Source: Octopus sinensis (Eukaryota). From it: a DNA stretch of 64,000 nt. Numbering within the stretch: position 1 is the first letter of the stretch; the number at the start of each line of letters is the position of its first letter. The position numbers and the translations under genes are program-made. Of the stretch, positions 1-12,128 are shown piece by piece. The notes under the pieces are model-generated. The model was given only the letters and a program-made list of their open reading frames with translations, had not been told where the DNA came from and did no database searches. The stretch is from positions 173,848,001 through 173,912,000 of the forward strand of contig NC_042998.1 in NCBI RefSeq assembly GCF_006345805.1, written 5' to 3'.

Positions 1-2010
1 ATTAATTCAGAGCCACTTACTCTATAGAGATATAAATGATTGCACATGCAAAATTTCAGCTAGATCAACCAACTGCAAGTGGGTCAGAGGCATTACTTAT
101 TGAACGTCCCTCGTATATATATATATATACTTTAAATGAGATATAATACGGAGAGCGCAGCTTTGTAGGGATAGACGATATGGGTGTGAGCTGTGCTCTA
201 TGGAAACTTATGAGATTTGTAAGTATAAGGGCAAGAAAAACCTGATTGATAATAGATTAGACCTAAGCATAGCGTCACCCGAACTTTTCAGTATTTTCGA
301 AACTAACAATTATAGTTACCATGCTTGAACTTTGATGGTGGAAATTTATTTTGGTGCCGTATCCATTATAATCTTACTATATTAAATATACAAAATTGTA
401 GGATATTACGTTATATGGTGAATTATATTGCATTACATATCTTATATGCTATGTGTTGTAGTATGTGGTGTGCTATTTGTAATATTGTACCATGATAACT
501 CCTGCCTAATTAGTTTGATTTCATCCTATTTTGGTGATTAGACTATTTTCCTTTCTATGATGTCCCACCCTACTGATCATATTATATATACTTGTAGTCA
601 TTTTATGTAAGTAAGTCTCCTTTTGACTAAATCATATATCCCCGGGAAACTATAAAAGCATACATACAATAACACCTGTAATATTACAAGTTATAAAATC
701 ACTTCGGTGTGAATACCTTTAACTACATCCATACCTATTACCCCCTCTTTTCGGGTTACTTTTATATTTTCTCTGCTCCCTGCATCTAATACCATATCTC
801 TTTATATGTATTTCTTATTATTTTCTATAAATTCTAATCATTTTATTTTCTTATTTTTGATATCCTCACTTATTATATATATATATATATATATATATAT
901 CTATTATTATTATTATTTGAGTATGCATGTATGTATATATGTATATGTCTGTATGCATGTATGTATTTATGAACATAAGGAGGCGCGTGTGTGTGTGGAT
1001 GTGTATGCATATGTATAAACATATGTATACATTTATGCATGTATGTACTTATGTGTATATATAGATGCGCGTGCGTGTGTGTATGTGTACGCATATATAT
1101 ATATATATGTGTATGTGTATATATGTATGAATGTATATGTGTATGTATATGTATATGTATATATATGTATATATATATGTATATGTATGTATGTGTATGT
1201 ATGTGTATGTGTATATGTGTATATATATTTATTAGTGAATATGTATGGACTAGTCTTCTGTGGGTGTATTGAGGTATGTATGTGTATGCGTGTAGATATG
1301 AATCAGTAGGTACGTGTACGTATGTGAATATACGTGAATGTATGTAGATGTATGTATGTATGAATATAACACGTGCGTGTGTGTATGGGTATGAGTGTAC
1401 GTGTGAGTGTGTGGGCGTTCGTATCAGTGAGTAGATAGATAAATGGACTCTTTAGACCATCCCTTGAGACTGGCTGACCGAGATCAAGATAAAAATAAAG
1501 ATATAAACAACAGTAATAATAAAATTAAAATAAGGGAATAAAAATGTGTGTGTATGTGTGTGCATGTATATGCATGTGTATATGTGTGTATGTATATATA
1601 TGTGCGAGTGTGTATACATATATGTATATGTATGTATATGTGTATTTTGTGTGTATGTACATAGGTATGTGTATATATATATGTATATATATATGTATAT
1701 GTATGTATATATATATATGTATGTATATATGTGTATGTATGTATATATATAGATACATGTGAATATGTGGGTGTATATATATATATATATGTAGATGTAC
1801 AAGTGAGAGTCTCCTTACTTACCTAAAACTCTATTTTTCTATTTATTCTTTTAATCTTTTATTTATTCTTTTATCTACTGTACCACGATTCCTTTGACCA
1901 CTCCCCTAATAATGATAGTTTTTGCGCCATGCCTACCCCCCAAAAAGTCCCCCACCACCACCCATTTAACCTGCCTAAGTGTATAAATGCCAAAACAACT
2001 CTTGTCTACT

Positions 2011-2060
2011 AGCTTCCTGATGATTTCTTTTGAATGAACAGTTCTAGTCCTGTAGAAGCT
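2011..2060 (+). ncRNA. Hammerhead ribozyme motif, family B, degenerate copy
   Basis: agcttc CTGATGA tttc-tttt-gaat GAA cag-ttctagtc-ctg TA gaagct. Stem I agcttc/gaagct is perfect, but one A of GAAA is missing compared with the 27689 copy. Confidence 0.7.
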
Positions 2061-2140
2061 CCTTCTATATAATAAATATATATATATTATATATAATAAT
2101 ATATATTATGGATATATATATATATATATATACATATATG

Positions 2141-2265
2141 ATTTATTGACACCGAAATGATGAAGGACAAAGTCGTCCTCGGCGGAATTTGCACTCAAAA
2201 CGTAAAGACAGAACGAAATACCGCTAAGCATTTCGCCCGGCTTGATAACGTTTCTGCCAGCTCGC
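2141..2265 (-). mobile_element. tRNA-derived SINE fragment (ggcgagctggcagaa head)
   Basis: Same sequence as the copy at 53558-53791; A-box and B-box-like motifs on the minus strand. Confidence 0.7.
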
Positions 2266-2544
2266 CGCCTTCTAACGGAAATATATACTTTACTACTATA
2301 GGCACAAGGTACGAAATTTTGGAGGAGGGGTCGATAAATTAAGTACCAGTTGCGTATTGGGCCGTTCTAATCGATTGGCTCTCCTCCCTCAAAATTTATA
2401 TATTCATATATATATATGTATATAATTAAGTTATTATATACATATATTATATATTGTGAAATTTGATTTAGATTTGCTAAATTGAATTTTTCCTGTGAGT
2501 TTGGAATTCTCTACTATTACTATTATAATCCATATTATAATATA

Positions 2545-2610
<66 letters not shown>

Positions 2611-2627
2611 ATATATATATTATATAG

Positions 2628-2660
<33 letters not shown>

Positions 2661-2726
2661 GTATGTGTGTATATGTGTATATATGTGTATATATTATATT
2701 ATATATATATTATATATATATATACG

Positions 2727-2840
2727 ACACGCTTCTTTCAGTTTCTGTTTACGTAATCCACTCTCTATGCTTTGGTCGGCCCCAAGCTATAGTAGAAGAA
2801 ACTTGCCCAAGGTGCTACGCAGTGGAATGGAACCCGGAAT
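2727..2840 (-). mobile_element. CORE-type SINE fragment
   Basis: acttgcccaaggtgctacgcagtgg motif resembling the CORE domain; related copies at about 20208-20345, 43020-43120, 56095-56312 and 59490-59635. Confidence 0.6.
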
Positions 2841-3082
2841 GAATGGATGGATGGATGGATAGATGGACGGGTGAATGGATGGATGTATATGATATATGTA
2901 CCTGCATGTCTGCGCTAGTATCCTCATATTGTGCCGCTGATTTACAATGTTCGGCTGATGATGAAAATTTAATGACTCCAATTCTAAGACCAAGAAGCGT
3001 CTTGTTTCCTAGGAAATAGTACTTCATTTCACTTTGCTGCATTTTAGTCAGCTGTAAATGAGTATCACCTAGATACTGGTGC

Positions 3083-3150
<68 letters not shown>

Positions 3151-3648
3151 CTCTGTTACTCTTTCTCTCTCCATCCAGCATTCAGATCATGGCATAGATA
3201 TGCCAGTAATTCAACGCTAAATGACCGAATTGGTTGCCTATCCTAGAGATGACAATAGACACATAAAATAAGCTAGACTTTTCGACGTTGATGCAACTAT
3301 AATTGAAATGTCAAGAAACTGTCAAAAGCCAACATTAGATGTATGTTGGCTATTTTATTCCTAGTATATTTTATTTCTTGTATTGAGACAAATTCACAGA
3401 TATAGTCTGTGAAATTCTGCAAACAACAAGCTCAAAGAAAGTAAATTAAAAGCACACGTAAATGTTGTATACAAGAACGGTATTTTTAGTTTGGCACTTA
3501 TCATTATGAACAATATTTCGTATCTGCGAAGCAAAGTGTTTGTATTTGATCTTATTGTGATTAAAGATAATCAGAGTGGCAGCCTTCAACTTATTCTCTA
3601 AGGAACACTTTGCAACAGTTTAGTTCTTCAAAAACAAGCTGTATCTAA

Positions 3649-4021
3649 TCTCTCTCTATATAAACGGCAGTTTGTCTGTGCGTTTTCTGTGTGTCTGTTT
3701 TCTCGTACCCTCACTCTGACCACGGGTTTCAACCGATTCTGATGAAACTTGACACACGCATAGCCCAATGTCATAATTCAAAACTAACGCAGCGAAAATT
3801 TTGAAAAGTCCCCCCAGTTCTGAAAAAAATCGATAAATTCGACATGGGGTCGAGAATCAGAAACCCAAACCACAGACCGTCTAGGGGACGCAACTCCACC
3901 TTTTTTAACTCTGAAAAAAAATTTACCATCATTTTTTTTCTATTTTTTGGCTATAACTCTCTAAAAATGCTTTATAGTTATTTCCCTTACAAACCTGAGC
4001 AACGCCGGGCGATACTGCTAG
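3649..4021 (+). mobile_element. Non-autonomous Helitron
   Basis: A|TC 5' end, subterminal hairpin cctgagcaacgccggg and CTAG|T 3' end; first about 240 bp nearly identical to 7413-7660. Confidence 0.8.
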
Positions 4022-4129
4022 TGGTTTATATTTGTCATCTGGCCAAAATACAGTATATTCAATAATTATTGCTAATGTTCAATTTCAGAGGGGGAAAATA
4101 ACCTACTTTCCTATAAGCGTTTTGAGGAA

Positions 4130-4990
4130 TCAAGAAACATTTCGTACCAATCCTCTCTGGCAAAGATTTGTACGCTTGCATTTATGTCTTATAGGATTGC
4201 GGCAACTTTCCTGATTGGCAACAAGACGATCCATGCTACCGTCAAATTTATTTTCAGCTTGATGGCAAATGAAGATGCAATACATATTATCAGCAAAATA
4301 AAACAAGAGGGAAGCAGAGGTTCGAAAGAGAAATATTATCGTTCGAGATTAATGCACAATGTCTCACAAAAGAGCAATAAAATCTTTGAACACAACACTG
4401 CAAAATGCCTGCGAATACCAGGAAAGTTAATTGGAAAATCTAACATAGCTACGGGTGGATATTTCAGATAGACATCGTTTGTATTTTCAAGAGGCTCAGG
4501 AATAGTTGAAGTTAAGAATTATGTAAAATGACCACATTTTTAGATAAACGTACCAAAATTAATTTTATCCACCAACATGAGACCCCATCTCTGCGTAATT
4601 TATAAACAAGTTACTCGAACAAGACACTTGAAAACTCGAACCAGATGTTCTAGAAATATTTGACGTGAGAACAACAGGTATAACTGTAGTAAAAATTGCC
4701 CATATCAAACCTTTCTGAAGACAACAATAATCACATGTTGTTATGTGCGATGACTACAATAACTCCAAAGATGGAATTATGAATGTCATCAACGCAAATA
4801 TTATGAAGGCCATGGGTTACTATTAGAGACCACTTATATAATTGACACAGTTCTCGATATAAATTAAACGGTCCACTATCAAATAGAATTTTGAAATTCG
4901 CTGAAACCCCTAAAGGACCCACCATATTGTCTAATACTTAGAAGAGGAACACATACCATGTTCCTACCTAACGTACAATGGTACAAGTTT
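4130..4990 (+). pseudogene. Old Helitron PIF1-helicase relic
   Basis: IAATFLIGNKTIHAT resembles GIAATLLPGGRTAHS; D*CTMSHKRA resembles DECTM; IDTV..TVHYQIEF*NSL resembles the helicase 2B region. Many stops and frameshifts. Confidence 0.65.
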
Positions 4991-5559
4991 TCTATTTCTT
5001 AACTATAACTCGTGGTTTCATACAAGCGAACTGAAATTCCTAGAAGGTCGATAGCCTTTATCGTCTGATGACTGGCTGGATTGCCATTAAATTCATCAAG
5101 AAAATGTTAGTAACGACGTGTTAATTCACCGCTAAGATATAATATTTATGTATGCGTGTGGGTGTATGCGCGCGTGTGTAGGTATACATACATATATATA
5201 AACACATATTTGAGTGCATTCACATAGAAACACACATACACATACCTTCAACTACAGCCATACATCAAACTTATATACACCTACCTCATATACCACATAT
5301 ACACACTAACACATACACTTGCGCGTGCATACATACCCATATATATATATGTATATACATACATATATACATATATACATACACACATCAATTATCAAAC
5401 GGATGATGTAGCGTCGCTTATCTATGCAAACCATATTACAAAGTAGCTGCAAGTTAATAAAAAAAATATCTATTCTGTCACTTCACTTTTCTAACTCAGT
5501 TTTTATACATATTTTCCACAGATCTTTTTCCGGAAATTTCAGAACAACGGTGAGGTTAT

Positions 5560-5856
5560 AGCCTAGCCTTTTTTTTCTTTTCGCACCCTTTTCAAGCCTA
5601 GCCAGGCTCTTGGGCCCGGTTTCCCGGTTTCTGTGACGTATGAGTTCGCCCAGCTGGACGGGACGCCAATCCATCGCAGGGTTACTCAAGAAACAGGAAG
5701 AAAAAGTAAGGGAAAATTGGGGCGAAAGTACCACAGGGTCGCCACCACCCCCCGCCGGAGCCTCGTGAAGGTTTAGGTGTTTTTGTTCAATAAAGAAACT
5801 CAACGCCCGGTCTGGGAATCGAAACCGCGATCCGCTGCCCTAAACACTGGTCCATT
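5560..5856 (-). mobile_element. tRNA-derived SINE with V-domain-like tail
   Basis: Head caatggaccagtgtttagggcagcgg...gtttcgattccc; ctgcgatggattggcgtcccgtccag motif; homologous to 14826-15108 and 39046-39300. Confidence 0.7.
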
Positions 5857-5950
5857 GTTATCCTAGCCTTAACCAAGGTATTTGTCGATATCCACGTATG
5901 GGGCATAGGAGCTCACTGCGGGCTCTGTGAATACCTATTCTTATATACAT

Positions 5951-6002
<52 letters not shown>

Positions 6003-6003
<1 letters not shown>

Positions 6004-6298
6004 AAGGTGCGTTGCTTAGCGGTCAGGCGTATTCGACTCACGGAGTTCGATTCCCGATGGCTTCTTGTGTTCTTGATCGAGACAATTCATTTCACGTTGC
6101 TACAGACCACTTAGCCGGCAAAAATGAGTTGTACCTGTATTCCAAAGGTTCAAACTTGTCGCATTCAGTATCACATTGAATCTCCCTTAGAATTACGTTA
6201 CGGGCATGCGTATCTGTGGAGTGCCCAGCTACTAGCACGTTAATTACACGGACAGGTTGTCCCATTGATCGGATCAAGTGGAGCACGCGTCATCGTAA
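6003..6298 (+). mobile_element. Degenerate tRNA-derived SINE
   Basis: B-box gttcgattcc; tail gtatctgtggagtgcccagctactagcacgttaat shared with 19172-19550 and 50885-51180. Confidence 0.6.
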
Positions 6299-6939
6299 AT
6301 GACATCCGTGTATGTTTGTGTTTGTGTACGTGCGTGTGAGTGTGTATAGATGCGTGCGCGTGTATGTACTTGCGTGTGCATGTGTGTACGTGTGTGTGCG
6401 TGTGTGTAGGTTTCTGTATTCATGTGTTGGCGTGCACATACAAATGATGGCTCCATATTGTAAATTGATATAGATTTTAGAACGGAAAAGAGAAGAAACA
6501 TTTATTAAATATTTATGCTTTAAAAGTACAATTCTTAAAAGGAAATATTTAAATTGGAAAGTAAGACGAAAACAATATTAAGCCCAATCGTTATGAATGA
6601 CACAAAAACGCACATCTGAACGAAAACGTCATTGCCATGAATCACTAAAGAAAAATCTTTTGGCTGCTAGAATTTCATCTGAAGAATTTTCTTTTTTTTT
6701 TATATTTAATTTTTTATTCTGGTGGTCGACCACCCACTTCAGGAGGTTGGAAATAAGTAAGAGGACAGTAACTGGACATAGTACGTCGTTTGCCGCGTGT
6801 CATGTGTGGATCATTTTGACAGAGGCCATGCTGAAGCCTAGTACTTATTCTATCGATCCCTTTTACCGAATCGCTAAGTTATGGGGACTATCAATAGAGA
6901 ATACTATGTCAAATAGAGGGCTAGTTACGAAAGGATATT

Positions 6940-7070
6940 ATAAAAAACCACCCCAAAAACTAACGAAAGGAATCTTATTTCATCAGGACAACGCTCCAGT
7001 ACACAAGTCTTTGGTTTCAATGGCTGTTGCGCGTGACTGTGGCTTTGAACCGGTTGATCATCCCTCCTAA
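6940..7070 (+). pseudogene. Mariner transposase fragment
   Basis: KGILFHQDNAPVHKSLVSMAVARDCGFEPVDHP matches the mariner HQDNAP.H to HPPYSP region. Confidence 0.75.
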
Positions 7071-7412
7071 TCGGGGTCGATTAAATATGCCCCCTCCCTA
7101 AAAAAATTTGGGACCTTGTGCCTAGAGTAGAAAAGGATATTACAAAAATCCAAATGGAAAGTATTTCTGAAATAAGTATGACTGTCTCTCAGTTTTCCTC
7201 TATCTCTATTTCTGTTTCTCTCCACGGCTTTGTTTCTTCCTGCGTTTTTTTTTTCATTTCATATTGTTCATTGCAGAATTGATAGAACGTGGGACAAAAT
7301 ATCAATTTAAGATCTGGCTTTGTCTCTCTACCGTGTGTTTTCAAATTCTCCCCGGATAAACTTTGCGTTCATCTGTGATCATTTTAAAAGCAATGCATGA
7401 GCTTGGTATTAA

Positions 7413-10400
7413 TCTCTCTATATATAAACGGCAGTTTGTCTGTGCGTGCTTCTGTGTGTCTGTTTTCTCGTACCCTCACCCTGACCACGGCTTTCAACCG
7501 ATTCTGATGAAACTTGACACACACATAGCCCAATGTCATAATTCAAAACTAACGCAGCGAAAATTTTGAAAAGTTCCCCCAGTTCTGAAAAAAATTGATA
7601 AATTCGACATGGGGTCGAGAATCATAAACATGAACCACAGACTGTCTAGGGGACGCAACTCGAGAATCTAAGCTTTTTTTATGCAACGCATTATCTATGG
7701 TAGTTTTCACAACTTGCAATCGATTTCACCAACCAAACTCATGGTGAAGCTTAATGTTACCCTAAGAAACTCAATTCTGACGTTAGTTTTCCATGCAATA
7801 CCTTACCATCAGAAACAATCGATAAAATCATGCCATTTTGGGAAATCGCGTTCAAATTCAAGATGACATATTTTCGACAATATCTTTCACAAATTGGCAG
7901 GAATCTTTTTTTTTCACAACGAGCATCATGTCTGCTCCAAGGAGCTATATAGCTCTTTTATCCAATAGGATACATTATGGAAAAAATCGGTTAATTTATC
8001 ATATGTGGCACACATAGCAAACAAATTTGTGTATTAAACACAAACCAGACTGTCTAGGGGACGCAACTTGACCTTTTTAGCTATCGATAATTCGATCCAA
8101 CCAATTCCTACCAGGAAGAAATTACATTCGAGAATTTACCCCCAACACCGCCACTTCTGCTAATAGCTGCTGCAGCCGCAAGTTATTCGAATACTTTTTT
8201 GGTTTAAACTTTCTTATAACTACCACCCCAAACGTTTTACCTTCAATTTTTGACGTACCCTAACGGTCCTCGGACGCTACTTGCAAACTCTTGGTTTATT
8301 ATAAACCACTTTTGTCGTGTGCATCAAAAAACTTTTCCTTTCGTTTGTTCAGTTTGATCACTTTTGACTTTTTCGTTGTTGTTGTCACTCACATTGCTGC
8401 CAGCTTTTTGGCCGTTTTTGTACATTTTTATACGTTTTCGGATACTTACCCCACGAGCTCCTTTTTATTACACCTTTACCAAACACATTGCTATCCACCA
8501 AAATACTTACCCCACGTGTTCCTTTTTATTACACCTTTGCCAAACACATTGCTATCCACCAAAATGCCACCCAAGAAGAGAAGGACCCTCCTCAGCCCTC
8601 GGACGGCCAAGGCATCGGCTGCCAGGGCTAGAAGGGCACGCGAGACCCACGAGGAACCGCCTTGCGCCTCTCGCAAACAGCTTCCCGTTATGCCGATGCT
8701 CAGGCATCTGAAACTACTAGCGACCGTTCTACCCGACTTGCAAGGGTCGCAGCGTACAGATCTTCCCTCCGCTCGAGGTTGACGAAAGAGCAACAGTCCA
8801 GCCAAAACATGCGGGCTTCTTACTGTGCTTCCATCCGCAGAGCTCCATCCGCAGAGCTCGCGAGAACCCCGAACAAAGGGCCATTCGGAATGCGGCTAAC
8901 GCCACTAGCACTGCCAGGACACGATCTGTCGAAACCTCACAGCAGAGGAGAACTCGCCAAGATGCTGACGCCGCAAACAAAGCCATGGCCAAAGCTGCCG
9001 AAACACCTCAACAGAGGAGAGCTCGCCACTGCTAACGCCGCAAACACAGCCAGGGCTCGATCTGCCGAAACTCCACAACTCTGCAATCCCAGCTGCGACG
9101 AAATCACTCGCGAAACTCCTCCCGGTCAATCTCACACCCATCGACACGACATCGTTGCTAGGGTTTTCCGTCTGAATTTGGGCAATATGAAGGATTTGAT
9201 AGTTAAGAGTCAGATTTTCGGGCATGTCAGGTGCCACATGTTTCGGTCGAGTGGCAAAAGAGGGGCTTGCCACATGCTCACATCTTAATTTGGCTCACTC
9301 ATAAAATCGAGACTAATGACATTGACAAATTCATTTCCGCCGAGATTCCTGACCCCGATGAGGACCCCGGACTCTACGAAATTGTCCGCACTACCATGGT
9401 ACACGGCCCTGTGGACCAATTACGCCCAACACACCATGCTACAAAACGGATTAGCCTGCTCAAAGGGATTCCCTAAACGGTTCACTTTGGAGACTCAAAC
9501 AGGCGGCGATGGGTATCCGCTGTACAAACGAAGGAGTCCAGCCAATGGAGGCCGCACGATTACGGTTGGGCGACATCAAGTGGACAACAGCTACATTGTC
9601 CCCTACTGTCCTCTCCTGTCGAAGATATTCAAAGCCCACGTCAACGTTGAGTTCTGCAGCTCCATCAGGTCAATACGATATGTCTGCAAATATATCAACA
9701 AGGCAGCGATGCTGCCATGTTCAGCATCCAGAGGACCACCAGTCGCGACGAAGTGTCCAACTACTGGCTGGCCGGTACCTCAGCAGCAACGAAGCGTTTT
9801 GGCGCATTTACGGCTTCCCGCTCCATCAGAGACACCCGGCTGTGGTGCAGCTTGCTGTACACTTGGAAAATGGACAGCAGATTTACTTCACAGAGCAAAT
9901 GCTGTGCAGATAGCCACCAGCCCTAAAGACACAACGTTGACTGGTTTCTTCAAATTATGCCAACGTGATGACTTCGCTCGAACGCTTTTGTACCCACAGG
10001 TCCCATCGTACTTCGTGTGGTCTAAAAACACCTGGGTTCGACGGAAATCCGGCAAAAACGTCGCGAAAGCTTCCCAGGCGTCAAGTTTGACTCCTGCCTG
10101 GGTCGAGTTTACAACATCCCGCCAACCAGCAAGAATGCTTCTACCTCCGTCTCCTTCTACATGAGGTCACTGGTCCAACAGGTTTGCGCCAATATACGTA
10201 CCGTCAAGGGGGTTCTGTGCGACACCTTCAGGAAGCATGTATGAGACTTGGCCTTCTAGAGGATGACTCCCAGTGGGACGCCACGATGGCAGAGGGTGCT
10301 TTACTGCAAACGCATTCGGCCCTACGACATCTTTTCGCAATCCTTCTTCAAAAATGTCAGCTTAGTGATCCACTAAGTCTCTGGATGAAATACAGGGATG

Positions 10401-12128
10401 ACATGTCGCACGACTTCTTACGTACGGCTCAGCAACACTGCCCTTCCGCCGAGATCACGTTCACCAACTTCATTTACAATTTTGCGCTCATTCAACTCGA
10501 AGACGCTGTCATCGATATGGGTGGGTCTGCTTTAACGAGTACGGCCTTCCACCACCCACACGTGAACATGCCAATGTTATGTCTGCTGAATTGTTACGCG
10601 AAACTCCTACTGCATTGAGGAACTGCACCAGTACGTCCAAGATAATGAACCACGGCTGCTTCCAGACCAGCGCATAGCCTACAACACCATCGTAGACTCT
10701 GTCAGACAGCAAAGTGGGGGGATTTTCTTCCTTGATGCACCCGGCGGCACTGGCAAAACCTTCGTCACTAAACTAATTCTGGCAGAGGTCAGACGCAACA
10801 CGGACATTGCCCTGGCTGTAGCTTCCTCTGGTATCGCGGCCACGTTGCTTCCGGGTGGCAGAACCGCCCACTCTGCCTTCAGACTCCCGCTCGATCTGGC
10901 AAAGTCCGAGTCACCTATCTGCAACATCGCCAAGAACTCAGAACAGGCCGACATTCTGCGCAGATGCAAACTCATCGTATGGGACGAGTGCACTATGGCA
11001 CACAAAGGCGCCTTGAGGCACTGGACAGGTCCTGCAAGACTCTACGGCCCCCCATGGGAGGATTAACTTTACTTCTTTCAGGAGGCTCCAGGCAGACTCT
11101 ACCTGTTATTCCAAAAGGAACCCGTGCCGATGCCGTGCGCGCGTGCCTTAAGTCGTCAGCTCTTTGGGCACATGTGCGGCCCTTGCACCTCCAAACTAAC
11201 ATGCGCGCGCAGTTATTGGTGACAGCGGATCCGCTGCATTCTCCAGGGACCTCTTATTGCTCGGTGAAAATAGGATGCTGTCTGATGCGGATGGCTACGT
11301 TCAATTGGACTCACTTTGCACCATTGTCGACACCCTGCTAGCCTCCGGGACGCTGTCTTCCACGACCTACAAAACAATTTACGCGACCTAAAATGGCTGG
11401 CAGGCAGAGCTATTCTCGCACCCAAAACTACAACCGTCAACTCCATCAATATCCAGCTACTTGAAGCTATTCCTGGTGATGTCCACGTCTACAATCTATA
11501 GATAGGACAGCAGACCCCGCCCAGCTTGCCGATTATCCTGTTGAATTCCTGAATCACTTGAACCGCCAGGCCTGCCACCACACATCCTGAAGTTAAAAGT
11601 CGGTGCGCCCATTATGCTCATCAGGAATTTGGTTCCACCTAAACAGTGCAACGGCACACGTTGGTTGTGAAACATTTGGCACCACATTTAATAACGGCCA
11701 CAATACTTACCGGTTGTGGGAAGGGAGAGGACGTCTTCATTCCACGGATGCACCTTCAACCGTCGGGCGCTGACCTACCAATCCACTTCAGGCGTTCTCA
11801 GTTTCCTGTTAAACTCTGCTTCGCAATGTCCATCAATAAATCCCAAGGCCAAACGCTACAAGTCGCTGGGTTACATTTGGGCGAACAGTGCTTCGCCCAC
11901 GGTCACTCTACGTGGGCTGTTCACGCGTTGGGAGGCGCAATGATGTTTCATGTTTTCGCCCAAACGGACAGCTAGGAACATCGTATATACAGAAGTATTC
12001 CAGTGAAGACAAGACATTGCAACGTCCACTTGCACCTTCGTTCCCTGGAGGGAAAGGACTACATTGGGATTAGTCGTTGCCTACTAGGGGCTCTTACATA
12101 CCCGGGCAACGCCGGGCTATGCTGCTAG
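7413..12128 (+). mobile_element. Helitron, decayed autonomous copy
   Basis: A|TC start at 7413; hairpin cccgggcaacgccggg at 12101-12116 then CTAG|T at 12125-12128; Rep and helicase motifs inside. The 5' boundary is uncertain because 7413-7660 could be a separate insertion. Confidence 0.85.
8564..11975 (+). pseudogene. Helitron RepHel pseudogene (HUH endonuclease plus PIF1-family helicase)
   Basis: Across frames: HRHDIVARVF, VEWQKRGLPHAHILIW (HUH), IRYVCKYINK (YxxKY), FLDAPGGTGKTF (Walker A), VASSGIAATLLPGGRTAHSAF, IVWDECTM, FAMSINKSQGQTL. Multiple frameshifts. Confidence 0.92.

Noticed and set aside
806-2862. Long YI/HT/CV-rich ORFs here and at about 20500-23500, 27000-29500, 38100-38500 and 63200-63800
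   Set aside because: They are translations of (AT)n, (GT)n and (CATA)n microsatellites, not genes.
8442-8563. 61-bp tandem duplication upstream of RepHel
   Set aside because: Real, but an ordinary feature of Helitron 5' regions.
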